DNA of 64,000 bases from a virus (lineage: Duplodnaviria; Caudoviricetes). The notes beneath the pieces were generated by a model, which saw only the letters and a program-made list of their open reading frames with translations, was not told the DNA's origin and did not search any database. A program made the position numbers and the translations under genes. Of the stretch, positions 29,013 to 39,599 are shown in pieces; position 1 is the first letter of the stretch, and each line of letters starts with the position of its first letter. The DNA is taken from positions 1 to 64,000 of IMG/VR virus record IMGVR_UViG_3300017766_003924; one strand, given 5' to 3'.

Positions 29013-30038
29013 TTAATTATTGTTTAATTGAACGGTAAAATCAACATGTTTTATAGCTGATAAATCCTTACCACCTGCATAACTTATAGATGATTGAAGT
29101 GCTTCTTTAATATTTTGAGTAACCTCTCTAATAGTACATCCTGCAGCAATCTCTAATTCTCTACCTTCAATGTGTTTATTTGTTTTCTTTGCTTGAAATG
29201 ATGTAGACCCATAGTAGACCTTTTTACCATCTTTTATCTCAGCCGGTGAATCAATACATTGTGCAAAGAGTCTACCGGTCATAACCATATCAGCACCGAA
29301 CCTTATTGCCTTAGCAATATCACCAATATGTTTAACACCACCGTCTGCTATGAGATATTTTCGTTTAAAGATTCCAGGTGTTGATGCACACTTATATCTC
29401 CATTCACATAATGCATCCCAACACTTATCTATTGCAGTTACCATAGGCATTGAAAACCCTGTTTGAAGGCGGGTAGTACAAATAGACCCTTGTCCTATTC
29501 CGACCTTTACAATGTCAGCACCTGCATCAAAGAGATCCATAGTACCATCATATGTAGTCACGTTACCTGCAATAATAATTACTTCAGGAAATAAGCTCTC
29601 TATCAGTTTAATCCTATCATACACTTTACTATGATGACCATGAGCTACGTCAATGGTGATAAAGTCTACTCTGTGTTTTCCCTTGTGTATGTCTTTAAGT
29701 ACTAATTCCGTATCTTCATTAACACCTGTACTTATACTTACAACATTAAAATCAGCATTGTTTGCATATTCAACAAATTTATAAACGTCTATATTTTCGA
29801 GTCGATGCATTACATAGAAAATATTGAGACTATCATATAGTTGAGCAGTTTCAGTATTTACAACTGTAGCCATATTAGCAGGTATTACAGGTAAATTAAA
29901 TTTAAACAGCTTTTTCTTATGAGGAAATGTTAATGTTACTGATGTATCTCCTACTGACCGTGTAGGAAGTGTAGATGACATGGGTGTTAAGAGTACATTA
30001 TCATAACACAATGCTATTTTATCATTAAAGTCAATCAT
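29013..30038 (-). CDS. guaC: GMP reductase (IMPDH/GMPR family)
   Basis: [42 protein letters not shown]; no CBS domains. Confidence 0.85.
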   Translation of the reverse strand: MIDFNDKIALCYDNVLLTPMSSTLPTRSVGDTSVTLTFPHKKKLFKFNLPVIPANMATVVNTETAQLYDSLNIFYVMHRLENIDVYKFVEYANNADFNVVSISTGVNEDTELVLKDIHKGKHRVDFITIDVAHGHHSKVYDRIKLIESLFPEVIIIAGNVTTYDGTMDLFDAGADIVKVGIGQGSICTTRLQTGFSMPMVTAIDKCWDALCEWRYKCASTPGIFKRKYLIADGGVKHIGDIAKAIRFGADMVMTGRLFAQCIDSPAEIKDGKKVYYGSTSFQAKKTNKHIEGRELEIAAGCTIREVTQNIKEALQSSISYAGGKDLSAIKHVDFTVQLNNN

Positions 30039-30748
30039 ACTATTGGCTTACAGTTGTATTTCTCCCAGTTAATAGTCTTTGAATATGATACTGGGTCTAT
30101 ATATCCTGCATCTATAAATCCTTTAATACGACTCGAGCATGAAGGACACTCACCACATGAAAGTATATTCTTTGAATAGCAAGTCCGTGTATCTTTAAAG
30201 TCTATTCCACACTTGATACCTAATTCAATTATTTCTTTCTTTGAAAGCTTAATAAGAGGTGCTTCGATAGATATCTGATTTCTACGATTTAGTGAAGTTA
30301 CTTTATTCATCCATAACCAAAACTCTTCACTAGCATCCCAATATCCACTTACCGTATCAATTTCTGCTGCACCATAGAATACCTTCTCTGCACCATAGTT
30401 TTCTGCACATGCACATGCAATAGAAAGCATCATCATGTTTCTAAACGGTACATAAGTCGTAGGTTGTGGATCCCCTAAGATGTCTTTCATTTTAGGAATA
30501 TCTAATTGATCATTTGTCAGAGATGATATTTGTGTTACATCTTTAAGAAATGAAATATCGAGCTGTTTATATGATGCTCCTATTTTAGCAGTTTGTGACT
30601 GAGCATTATTCAATTCGAAAGAGTGTTTCTGTCCATAGTAAAAACCTAGAGTCTGAATTTTATCATACCCTAGGTTTTTGTGTACGTGATGTAATACTAC
30701 TGAAGAGTCGAGCCCTCCACTTAATACTACTAACGCTTTTTTAATCAT
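30035..30748 (-). CDS. queC: 7-cyano-7-deazaguanine synthase QueC
   Basis: SGGLDS, YGQKH, YVPFRN, TRTCY...CGECPSCSSR. Confidence 0.95.
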   Translation of the reverse strand: MIKKALVVLSGGLDSSVVLHHVHKNLGYDKIQTLGFYYGQKHSFELNNAQSQTAKIGASYKQLDISFLKDVTQISSLTNDQLDIPKMKDILGDPQPTTYVPFRNMMMLSIACACAENYGAEKVFYGAAEIDTVSGYWDASEEFWLWMNKVTSLNRRNQISIEAPLIKLSKKEIIELGIKCGIDFKDTRTCYSKNILSCGECPSCSSRIKGFIDAGYIDPVSYSKTINWEKYNCKPIV

Positions 30749-30764
30749 ATATGATTATCATATA

Positions 30765-31892
30765 TTATTCTTCATCGTTTTCAATCGCTTTTTCTTGTAA
30801 TATAACGGCTTCGACTTCTTTTATCGAGTTATAGCGATACTTAGACTGAACAATCTTATCCAATTCTGGAATAAGTTTCTTCCATACCTCTGCATCTTTC
30901 TCGAAATTTTTACGGTAACCTAACTTTTCACCTGTCGCTTTGATGGTAAATGTCTTACCATTTGTCTCGATTATTCCATAGTTAACACACATATCTATTA
31001 ACCCTGAGTATTGATCTAACCCAGTGAGGAAGTTGTTGTACATCGATGCCTTGAGGAAAGGTGGCACAAAGCGGTTTTTTACAGTAAAGGCACCGAGAGT
31101 AACGCCACTAAATCTATGACCTTCTGCAATCATAGTGTCTTGATCATTATTTTCATCCTTCTTCTCATTGCTTACAGTTGTCTGTACTAATACTGACGCA
31201 AGATAAATCGGCCCAGATCCACCTGCTTGATTCTTAACAGTAGAGGCATACATTGCTGCAGGGTCATCATAAGTATGATTAGTGAAAATAATGGTGACAC
31301 CAGCTTTTGCGGCTTTATAAGTTAACACTCTCATCATTGCCTTTAATTGCTTTGCACGGAGACCCATGTCTGATGCATCCTTACCTTCTACTGCATCTTT
31401 AATTTCTTTAGCTGTGGTAAGATTGCCTAGTGAGTCAATACCGATAATAATTTCATTCTTGATTTTAGATTCAATAATCTTATCGAGAAAGTTAACAACC
31501 TGATTCTTACAGTCATTAATTGTCTGGACGGGGTACCACTTTGCACGTTTAACATCAACACCCATTGCAAGTGCAGATGCTCTATCTTGTGCTACTTCAG
31601 AATCCCATATTGCAGCATAAAGATTTTTGTCTCTCTTTTGAGCATTACCGATAATCTTATTGAGAATGCTAGACTTGCCTGACATTGAAGGACCGGAAAA
31701 GCCGGTAATACGAGCCTTAGGAATACCACCTTCAACCAGCTTACCGGATATGATTGCATTTAAAGCGTAGCATCCTGTATCATACCATTTATCTACAGTT
31801 GATAAGGTTACTTTATCAAGCCATTCCCCATCGGGATTAAGTTTATCTACTACAGAAAACAAATCATTTATTTCATCAGAATTTTTACTCAT
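30765..31892 (-). CDS. uvsX: RecA-like recombinase UvsX
   Basis: DTGCYALNAIISG, GPSMSGKS, IDSLGNL, DMGLRAKQ, FTNHTY, KNRF. Confidence 0.93.
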   Translation of the reverse strand: MSKNSDEINDLFSVVDKLNPDGEWLDKVTLSTVDKWYDTGCYALNAIISGKLVEGGIPKARITGFSGPSMSGKSSILNKIIGNAQKRDKNLYAAIWDSEVAQDRASALAMGVDVKRAKWYPVQTINDCKNQVVNFLDKIIESKIKNEIIIGIDSLGNLTTAKEIKDAVEGKDASDMGLRAKQLKAMMRVLTYKAAKAGVTIIFTNHTYDDPAAMYASTVKNQAGGSGPIYLASVLVQTTVSNEKKDENNDQDTMIAEGHRFSGVTLGAFTVKNRFVPPFLKASMYNNFLTGLDQYSGLIDMCVNYGIIETNGKTFTIKATGEKLGYRKNFEKDAEVWKKLIPELDKIVQSKYRYNSIKEVEAVILQEKAIENDEE

Positions 31893-31897
31893 ACACT

Positions 31898-31908
31898 GTA
31901 TTCTATCA
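31898..31908 (-). promoter_or_regulatory. Extended -10-like element TGATAGAAT before uvsX
   Basis: TAGAAT (31900-31905) ends 7 nt before the ATG and is preceded by TG; TTGCTT lies 16 nt further upstream. Confidence 0.45.
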
Positions 31909-31914
31909 TGAAAA

Positions 31915-31949
31915 ATAAAAAAAGCAACGGCGGTTAGCCGTTGCTTTTT
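31915..31949 (-). terminator. Intrinsic terminator (potentially bidirectional)
   Basis: aagcaacggc / gccgttgctt stem with A-run and T-run flanks. Confidence 0.85.
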
Positions 31950-31965
31950 AGATAGTTATAACCTT

Positions 31966-32328
31966 TTACTTGTCGAAAAGATTAACAACTTTTCCCCCTG
32001 GAGGCTTCCCTGGCATCACACCGGGTCCCGGTGTTATAATTGAAGAAAACATGCGTCTATACTGCTCAACTAAGCGATCATCAACTTCTGCTCCTGCGAG
32101 GGTATTGAGACCTGCATTCTTGAAGTTAACAGTAACGTCAGCTCCACCCTTTAAGAGCTCCTTAAAGACATAAGGAATGAGCTGAACGGACATTTGTCCA
32201 TTCTGAGTTGGTGCAATATTGACAACAACTGGGTTTTTAATAGGTGTAACATCTGCCTCTGGCCATTCAGTGCCAGGTTCACCAATGATGAGACGACCGA
32301 GGGTATCTACTACGTTAATAAGTTTCAT
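31966..32328 (-). CDS. Hypothetical protein downstream of the polymerase
   Basis: Clean ORF with phage-like codon use, followed by a terminator. Confidence 0.7.
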   Translation of the reverse strand: MKLINVVDTLGRLIIGEPGTEWPEADVTPIKNPVVVNIAPTQNGQMSVQLIPYVFKELLKGGADVTVNFKNAGLNTLAGAEVDDRLVEQYRRMFSSIITPGPGVMPGKPPGGKVVNLFDK

Positions 32329-32361
32329 ATTCGAGTTAATTATGTATTATATTTTCAGAGT

Positions 32362-34959
32362 TCAAGAGAATAAATCTAGCAAATTTGATTTTACTTGGCG
32401 ATCTGGCCGAGTAATAGGCCATTTTGCTATTTCATAAAAGCTTTCAACGATTGAAAATACGATTTTTGAGAACATGAGCTCATAGTCAACTTTAAGATCT
32501 CGTTTAAATTCTTCTGGAAAGTAATATTTGTATCCGATTGACGATATTCCATACTTATTAGGTGACTGTACATAAAGATACCTTACCTTATCTCCCGTAC
32601 CTATTGGTTCATATTGCTTATCTACTCCATATTTCTTAAGAAGTATGTTATGAAAGTATGCAGCCTTAACATGAATAGGCATCCCTTTATTGGTCTTAAA
32701 GTCTATACACTTTGTTGCATGCTTTTCATAATCAGATATGCCAGAAGTAAATGAAATATCAGTAATGTCTAGAGCTTTGAATATCGTATAAGTTTCAAAT
32801 ACAACTTCATTAGTCTTTTTGATATCCTGTGTGGTAATCATAGTTTCTATGATTTTCTTGATATAAGGCTTGACTGGTTTAGGCAATGTAGTTCGTACTA
32901 CTTCAACACCAACATACTTCCATTTATTGCAGGGTATCTTTTTGTTATCTAATACATGCAGCACATATCTCTTTTTTTCTTTGAAAAATGCAGTATCACA
33001 GATAGCTTCTCGTTTGAATATAAATCTACAATCCATTGAGTTGAGCTCGGTTACACCCCAATTATAAATCTCTTTATTGAGATGATTTTCTATATCATTA
33101 ACTATTTTATGTACTCCGCTTGATACATTACCCGTCTTTGAGTCAATGAACTCGATTTTAAGCTTATCTACAACAGGCTTGAGAGTAATGTAACTTGAAT
33201 CTGTATCGTTATATATAGATACATCACACGTTTCATTAATAAGTTTAGATACGTATGAATTTAAAATTTCGTTAGATTGCTTAATGACTGCTTGACCAGT
33301 TAAAGTAATAGATCTTGCTATATCAGAATCACCCATGGGAGCATATTTGTTACCAAAGTATCCATATGTCCGGTTAATTAAAATCTTAAGTGTAAATTGA
33401 TGAATATCTAACTGTTCATGTTTATACTTAAGCTCTGCAAGTTTATCAGGCTGTTTACCACTTTTTTCCAACTCATAGATTTCTTTTGATAGAGTATCTG
33501 ATCGATTTTGAATTTCTACACGTTTCTTGTAATAGTTATCAACAATCTCAGGGAAAATTCCTTTGGTCTTTTGTGTAAAGCACACTCCTGCTCGAGTGAG
33601 TGATAACTTTTCAATTTCTACTAGTTTCTTAAACTTCTCATCAGGTAATGTTACAGTCTTACCATTTATATGTCTAAATGTAGTAGTTCCGTCTGAGTTT
33701 TTATTCCAATATCCTACTTTAGTCTCTGGTGAGAGATTTAAAGTAATCATAGTATTAGGATATAGACTATTAACGTCAAATGATGCTATATATTTTTGAA
33801 AGCCTTGTTTAGGGGGTGCTACGAACGCACCTTCGTATTTACTATCCTTTTCAAAGCCTGTATCAAATACCGGAGCGATTTTACCTCTCTTTCGAGCTTC
33901 GATAACAGCGGCTCCTGTGATTACTGAGATTGTACCCATTCCGCTTTCGAAAGGTACTAACCCTACATATGAAAGCATTCTTAACAGACCTAAGTACTGA
34001 AGTTTACATTCAAGCTTTTTTAAGAGGTTAACGTCCTGAATGTTATATTCAACAAATTTGTTCCAGTCTTTTTCTGCTAAATCATAGAGACTAATATTAC
34101 CATAGTCAGTCTTTTTTTCACCTAGTTCTCTCTGTGCAATATCATTTAACTTAAATGATTCTTTGGTACCCGGACTGAATATTTTATATGCATCAAGATA
34201 GTCAACACATGATACACCTTGAATATACCACTTATTGACAAACTTACCATATTGTCCTTGAATCTGTCTACAATATACATTCTGTGTTGGTGAAAGCCTT
34301 TTTATTTCCTCATCACCAAAGAGTCTCTTGATTCTATTAATAATGTAAGGTATATCAAAGTATTCTGAATTCCACCCTGAAAGAATATCGTAGTAATCTT
34401 TCTCCATATGGGCTAAGAAGCTTGTAAGAAGTTCTCTTTCTGTATGACACCACTTGTATTCTACTGTAGAGTCAAATGTATTACCAGTGTATTCGCCCAA
34501 TCCCCATACAAAGAATTTATTATGTAAGCTGTCATAAATGGTGATTACATTTATTACTGTATCAGCTTCTTCAAGAGAAGGGAACCCATCTTCTCTAGGG
34601 CACTCAATGTCTACAAATCCAATTTTAAGACGATACTTTGTCATATCGTCAGATTCGTTAACTTTATCAAACATGTCAATGAGAAACTGTTGCTCAGGAT
34701 TTATGTTTTCATAGATCCGTTTAATGTTTGAGTCTTTTGTATACTTATACCTATCGTAACCAGAAGGAAATACTTTTTTCTTGAGTGTAGTATTAAAGAG
34801 ACTTATTAATCCTGTTTTTTCTGCTGTTTCAATGTAGAGATAAGGATTGTAAGAAATATCTACAGAGATGCGTTTACCTTCCTCATCCCAGGTGAATAAC
34901 CTACAGCACCCTAAACGAGGAAGGTAAACGACGTTCCGATAACCGGGAAAATAATTCAT
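32362..34959 (-). CDS. gp43: Family B DNA polymerase, gp43-like
   Basis: Exonuclease DIEC, GWNSEYFDIPY; polymerase SFDVNSLYP, KILINRTYG, YNDTDS, KKRY. Confidence 0.97.
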   Translation of the reverse strand: MNYFPGYRNVVYLPRLGCCRLFTWDEEGKRISVDISYNPYLYIETAEKTGLISLFNTTLKKKVFPSGYDRYKYTKDSNIKRIYENINPEQQFLIDMFDKVNESDDMTKYRLKIGFVDIECPREDGFPSLEEADTVINVITIYDSLHNKFFVWGLGEYTGNTFDSTVEYKWCHTERELLTSFLAHMEKDYYDILSGWNSEYFDIPYIINRIKRLFGDEEIKRLSPTQNVYCRQIQGQYGKFVNKWYIQGVSCVDYLDAYKIFSPGTKESFKLNDIAQRELGEKKTDYGNISLYDLAEKDWNKFVEYNIQDVNLLKKLECKLQYLGLLRMLSYVGLVPFESGMGTISVITGAAVIEARKRGKIAPVFDTGFEKDSKYEGAFVAPPKQGFQKYIASFDVNSLYPNTMITLNLSPETKVGYWNKNSDGTTTFRHINGKTVTLPDEKFKKLVEIEKLSLTRAGVCFTQKTKGIFPEIVDNYYKKRVEIQNRSDTLSKEIYELEKSGKQPDKLAELKYKHEQLDIHQFTLKILINRTYGYFGNKYAPMGDSDIARSITLTGQAVIKQSNEILNSYVSKLINETCDVSIYNDTDSSYITLKPVVDKLKIEFIDSKTGNVSSGVHKIVNDIENHLNKEIYNWGVTELNSMDCRFIFKREAICDTAFFKEKKRYVLHVLDNKKIPCNKWKYVGVEVVRTTLPKPVKPYIKKIIETMITTQDIKKTNEVVFETYTIFKALDITDISFTSGISDYEKHATKCIDFKTNKGMPIHVKAAYFHNILLKKYGVDKQYEPIGTGDKVRYLYVQSPNKYGISSIGYKYYFPEEFKRDLKVDYELMFSKIVFSIVESFYEIAKWPITRPDRQVKSNLLDLFS

Positions 34960-34989
34960 ATTACGCGTTTATAATATGAATATATCTTC

Positions 34990-36177
34990 TTATTTCAAAT
35001 ACTTTCTTAGCGGTGAACCGAAAGGTGTAGTATAGAGCTCGAAATGCTTCGAAAGATTTTCATCATTTTCTAAAAATCTCGTTTCTGCATACTTACGAGC
35101 TGATCGTGAAATATTCATATAGTCTGTTGAATAATTCAAAACCTTTTTAAGTTGATCAATCATTTCGTCTCCAGTCTTAAAGCGATATGGAGCATTTGAA
35201 TAGGTACAAAGATCTTGACAGACAATCGGAATACCATAGCAGCATGCTTCGATATATTTTAAATCGCTCTTTGCTTTATTGAAGGTGTTGTCTTGTAAAG
35301 GTGCAACCATTGCCTGTACATTAAGGTTATCAATCTGTTCAGGGTAATCATAGATAGGCTTCCAGGGATGGAATTCAATTTTACCACTCTTAACAAGATC
35401 TTGCAGAGATAGGGGATATGCACCTAAAAATACCCATTGAAATTGATTTACAGTAGAGCGTACAGCATTAAGAACATGCTCAAAATCATCTCTTTGCTTG
35501 ACTCGGTTATCTACATCAAAATGAGCGCCGGAACCGGGATATAACACACGTGGCTTCTTTTTATTCTTTGAAAAGTTTGTGTAGATCTTTTGTTCATTAT
35601 AAAATCTTCCCATCCAAAACTTAGGTGGGTAATTAGGTATAACTGTAACATTAGGGTTACCTGTCTTTGATTTATAATAATCCTTCATGAAATCGCATGT
35701 AACAGAGATTTCATCACACATGTTCATTATTTCAATTGCAGCCTTTTTAATTTCTGGATCCGCAAATGCAATCTTAAATTTATTATATTCTGGAATATCT
35801 TCATGGAATATAATGTCATCTATCTCGTAGATTAATTTACATTTAGTGTGTTCCTTAAGAAACCGTATAAATTGTAATTGGTGAGGTGCAGCTTGCCGCT
35901 GAATCTTAACTGTCTGAAGGTTCTCGTAATACTTTAAATCGAGAATCATTGTAGAATTACTCGACACATTTAACCGCTGATAACCATTTAGTAGTTGTTC
36001 AGGCCAGAGCATTCTCCAGTATCCACAACCGCTCGTATCTGCGATATAATTATGACACCGCTGAAGGGTTGCTTCCTTCATTTCAATTGGTTGATTTGGA
36101 GCAGCGTGCGGTACTACTGGTGTGAACTGCTTTATGTGTGATAATCCAAAATGTGGTAAATTAGGAATCTGTATCAT
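34990..36177 (-). CDS. GT-B fold glycosyltransferase (GT4-like)
   Basis: DTSGCGYWRM, YEIDDI, VIPNY, PLQDNTFNKAKSDLKYIEA..GIPIV. Confidence 0.85.
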   Translation of the reverse strand: MIQIPNLPHFGLSHIKQFTPVVPHAAPNQPIEMKEATLQRCHNYIADTSGCGYWRMLWPEQLLNGYQRLNVSSNSTMILDLKYYENLQTVKIQRQAAPHQLQFIRFLKEHTKCKLIYEIDDIIFHEDIPEYNKFKIAFADPEIKKAAIEIMNMCDEISVTCDFMKDYYKSKTGNPNVTVIPNYPPKFWMGRFYNEQKIYTNFSKNKKKPRVLYPGSGAHFDVDNRVKQRDDFEHVLNAVRSTVNQFQWVFLGAYPLSLQDLVKSGKIEFHPWKPIYDYPEQIDNLNVQAMVAPLQDNTFNKAKSDLKYIEACCYGIPIVCQDLCTYSNAPYRFKTGDEMIDQLKKVLNYSTDYMNISRSARKYAETRFLENDENLSKHFELYTTPFGSPLRKYLK

Positions 36178-36186
36178 AATTACTTA

Positions 36187-38007
36187 TTATAAGTAATTAA
36201 TCAAAGTCTCTGATATATCAACTCGCGTTGTGATGTCGTTTTCCTTCTGCAAGAAGATGATTTCACCGGTTGCACTCTTAATACTTTCTTTACGGTGACT
36301 GATGAGGTATATGCACTCATTATACTGCTCAACTCGTTCTCTTAAAACATTCAGAATGAGCTCAATACCCCTTTCGTCTAAACTCGTATCAAAGAGTTCA
36401 TCAAATGCACAGAGGTTGTACACGACGTTACCTTGGATACGTCTCATATCCATGAACGCAAATAAGCATGCAAAGTCTATATCTTTTCTCTCAGCACCGC
36501 TTAAGTTAAAATAAGAACAGATCTTATTTTTCGAATTTACAATCTCCTCTTCAAAGTATTCATTAAAGGTACATACAAATCTAGATTCGAGTTTATTAAG
36601 GTAGTACTGTATGCGATTATTAAAGAGTGCTAACAATTTCTTAACTATAAATGATTTAACACCTTCTTCAGATACAATAAATTTGACTGTATCAATTATC
36701 GCGATTTTACTTCTTAATGCTTCTATTTCTTGTTTGATAGTAATAATGCGCTGAACTATATCCTGTAGTTGAATATCATTTTGTTCTGCTTGATTATTAA
36801 GAGACTCGATATCCTTTAAAATAGATTCATTCCAGACGTTTAATTGATCTATTTGACAAGTAAGAGATTCGTTCTCTTTAATTCTGTCATGATAATTATT
36901 GATTAGTAGCTTCTGCTTGTCAAGATTAGTTTGTAATTGTTTTACTATTTGCTCAAGCGACTTTTTCTTTGTTGTAAACTGCGCATCTTTCGCGTCTAGC
37001 TCTTGAATCTCTTTTGTAATATTTGTAATTTCCTGCTCTGCATTACACTTAACGTGTTCAGAAATAGGCTGTAAACATACAGAACAATTACTGTCAGTAA
37101 CATTGATTTTAGTTAAGATATTCTGCTTCACTGTTTTAATTGCCTTAACTTCTGCAATATTATTTCTAAGCGTGTTTATCTTTTCATTACCTTCGACTAT
37201 ACCATTCTTTAATTTAGAGATTATATTTTCAGCTTCAGTTAAGATATTTGCTTCAACCTTTGTAATTCTCTTTGAATTAGATTCTATTATTTCAATATTC
37301 TTTTTATAGGTAGAATTTAGAGATTTAATTTTTTCTAAGCGTGCTTCTTTACTATTATCAAATATTTGCTTTTGTTGACGCTCAAATTTTGTTGCCTCTT
37401 CATGACGTGCAACCGTAACATTGAGACTACCTTGAACCTCATTATATTCTCCTCGAGCTTGTTTAAGCATGTCAGAAAAAATTTCTAGATTGAATATACC
37501 TTCAATAAATTTTCTCTTTTCTACTTTCTTTTGTGCTGAAAACGGAGTCGTTTCATTAACCGTTAATATTACACAGTTTTTAAATATATCGGGAGTGCCT
37601 GATATTAATTTCTGTATATAGAGATTCGTGTTAATTATAGTGTCACGTGTTACATCTTGACCATCTATGAAGATGTAACAAGCACTAGGATTGAGTGTCC
37701 GGACTACTTGAACATTCTTTATAGAATTATTTTCTTCTATAGAAAACCAAATAGACACTTCAGTCGTATTATAGGTAAGGTTATGGATTATTCTTTCTTT
37801 AGGTAAATCTCTTAATGTATTACCAAACAGAGAAAAGAATATACCATCCGCAATTGTTGTCTTACCTACACCATTACGTCTATCAACTTTATCTTTATTG
37901 ATACCCGTAATAATGTTCAAACCTTGCTTAAATTCTATAGTGATTGGAACATCACCTACAGATAGAAAGTTCTTGATTGAAATTTTGCTAAATTTTATAT
38001 ACTTCAT
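36187..38007 (-). CDS. gp46: Recombination ATPase/nuclease subunit gp46 (SbcC/Rad50)
   Basis: KNFLSVG, NGVGKTT, CSVC Zn-hook, LSGAE, FDELFDTSLD, ISH. Confidence 0.95.
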   Translation of the reverse strand: MKYIKFSKISIKNFLSVGDVPITIEFKQGLNIITGINKDKVDRRNGVGKTTIADGIFFSLFGNTLRDLPKERIIHNLTYNTTEVSIWFSIEENNSIKNVQVVRTLNPSACYIFIDGQDVTRDTIINTNLYIQKLISGTPDIFKNCVILTVNETTPFSAQKKVEKRKFIEGIFNLEIFSDMLKQARGEYNEVQGSLNVTVARHEEATKFERQQKQIFDNSKEARLEKIKSLNSTYKKNIEIIESNSKRITKVEANILTEAENIISKLKNGIVEGNEKINTLRNNIAEVKAIKTVKQNILTKINVTDSNCSVCLQPISEHVKCNAEQEITNITKEIQELDAKDAQFTTKKKSLEQIVKQLQTNLDKQKLLINNYHDRIKENESLTCQIDQLNVWNESILKDIESLNNQAEQNDIQLQDIVQRIITIKQEIEALRSKIAIIDTVKFIVSEEGVKSFIVKKLLALFNNRIQYYLNKLESRFVCTFNEYFEEEIVNSKNKICSYFNLSGAERKDIDFACLFAFMDMRRIQGNVVYNLCAFDELFDTSLDERGIELILNVLRERVEQYNECIYLISHRKESIKSATGEIIFLQKENDITTRVDISETLINYL

Positions 38008-38008
38008 A

Positions 38009-39055
38009 TTATTGACTACATTTTAAATATAGTTCTTGGGTATATTTGATTACGTCTTTTTTATTGTTAATATCTAATGCTTCAACAAATTCTTCAATGA
38101 CCTTATTAATGTCTACACACTCTAAGTCTGTATTTACATAGTTGATATCATTATGTGGGTTGTTGAGAGTAATTTCTGTTGTAAATATTGCAGGTTTTAA
38201 GGTTTGTAATGACTTATATAGAATATCAGAATCTTCAGATGATATATTTCTATCAATAATGAGCTTGACAATATTTCCTTCAAAGATGCCGCGAAGCTTA
38301 TCAGTAAGCCCTGGTTCCTTTATCATCTCAGAAAGTCTAATCTTTTTATGGAGAGGAGAAATTTTGTTTTCTATAAACTCATATGAAAGAGTAGTGATAT
38401 CTAGAATATAAATACCCTTTCGATCACTCATATCTCCATAGTCCATCTGAAATGGATTACCTACATATAAAATTGTAGAGTTATCATAAATTCTCTCTTG
38501 TCTTACATGAAGGTGTCCTGAGATTACTAATTTACCTTTATTGCATACATCTTCAGATGTAAAGCCATGAGAGCACACCTTTACATCGTTAAATTTAAAG
38601 TTTTGTATTTCGAAGTGACCTATGACAATGTCTGATTTAGGTATATCTGAAATAGGGGTACCCCAAGGACAGAATGTTATACTCTTTCCAAAGAAGCACT
38701 CAGTATGCATCTGGTTAAATACCGTTACATTACTATATCCATTGAATATAGATAAAGAATTAATTTCAGAGGTATCTTTAAGATATGCATCATGGTTACC
38801 TACAATGAAGTAAAGATTAAAGTCTTTAAACTTTTTAAGTAAATCGGAGCCGAAGTTAATTGTTGATACTTCTATAGAATCCCTATAATGCCACCAATCA
38901 CCACCAAAGAATATGTCTTTGATACCCCGCTCTTTAAATTCTAAAATACACCAATCTGCCCACTCAGAAGCTATCTTATACCATAGCCTTGAATTTTGGT
39001 GAACACCTAAATGTAAATCTGAAAAAATTCCTACTTTAGTATTATTCAGTATCAT
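38009..39055 (-). CDS. gp47: Recombination nuclease subunit gp47 (SbcD/Mre11)
   Basis: SDLHLG, GGDWWH, VGNHD, GHFE, SGHLH, YVGNP. Confidence 0.95.
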   Translation of the reverse strand: MILNNTKVGIFSDLHLGVHQNSRLWYKIASEWADWCILEFKERGIKDIFFGGDWWHYRDSIEVSTINFGSDLLKKFKDFNLYFIVGNHDAYLKDTSEINSLSIFNGYSNVTVFNQMHTECFFGKSITFCPWGTPISDIPKSDIVIGHFEIQNFKFNDVKVCSHGFTSEDVCNKGKLVISGHLHVRQERIYDNSTILYVGNPFQMDYGDMSDRKGIYILDITTLSYEFIENKISPLHKKIRLSEMIKEPGLTDKLRGIFEGNIVKLIIDRNISSEDSDILYKSLQTLKPAIFTTEITLNNPHNDINYVNTDLECVDINKVIEEFVEALDINNKKDVIKYTQELYLKCSQ

Positions 39056-39599
39056 ATTGATCGTAATGACCTTCGTAATTCTGATGGCTTGAAAACTTTG
39101 TATCTACATGCTCACCAGAGTATATTTTATCATTATATACTTGCTCTTGATATTGATTTAATGTTTCGCGGTGCTTCTTCTCTCGCTTGATTCTATTAAT
39201 AAATGCATGAAACGCAATGGTGGTAAAGTATGAGAATACATTTGTATCGGCTTTAACATTACATTTCTTTTTACGTAGCGCATCAACCATCTTAATAATA
39301 GCATCTCCAATCATATCCTCTTTATAGGTATAATTGATAAAGTTAGGTGCATAGCTCAACCCTTCGGCGATATTTTTAATAGAGTTTGCAAGGCTTTCAG
39401 ACAGCTCACCATTTAGGTAGTACTCTGCGATTTCTGCTTTTAGCATGTCTGGGTTAACATAGAACTTTTCTTTATCAACGGATGACGGTTTACGTCCTCT
39501 GTTAGACTTGCGTTCATGTTTCACGGGCGTGGTAACTGTCATATTTGAGATTGTTTTCATTGTATATTTTAATTCGCGATTGCAAGTGTGTTTCACCAT
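39042..39599 (-). CDS. gp55: Late-transcription sigma factor, gp55-like (true start probably 39542 or 39560)
   Basis: YVNP, IAEGLSYAPNFINYTYKEDMIGDA, FSYFTTIAFHAFINRIKREKK. Confidence 0.92.
   Translation of the reverse strand: MVKHTCNRELKYTMKTISNMTVTTPVKHERKSNRGRKPSSVDKEKFYVNPDMLKAEIAEYYLNGELSESLANSIKNIAEGLSYAPNFINYTYKEDMIGDAIIKMVDALRKKKCNVKADTNVFSYFTTIAFHAFINRIKREKKHRETLNQYQEQVYNDKIYSGEHVDTKFSSHQNYEGHYDQYDTE

Noticed and set aside
11903-34959. Inteins or group I introns in terminase, helicase, UvsX or polymerase
   Set aside because: All have normal lengths and contiguous motifs; no splice-junction signatures or LAGLIDADG/HNH inserts were seen.
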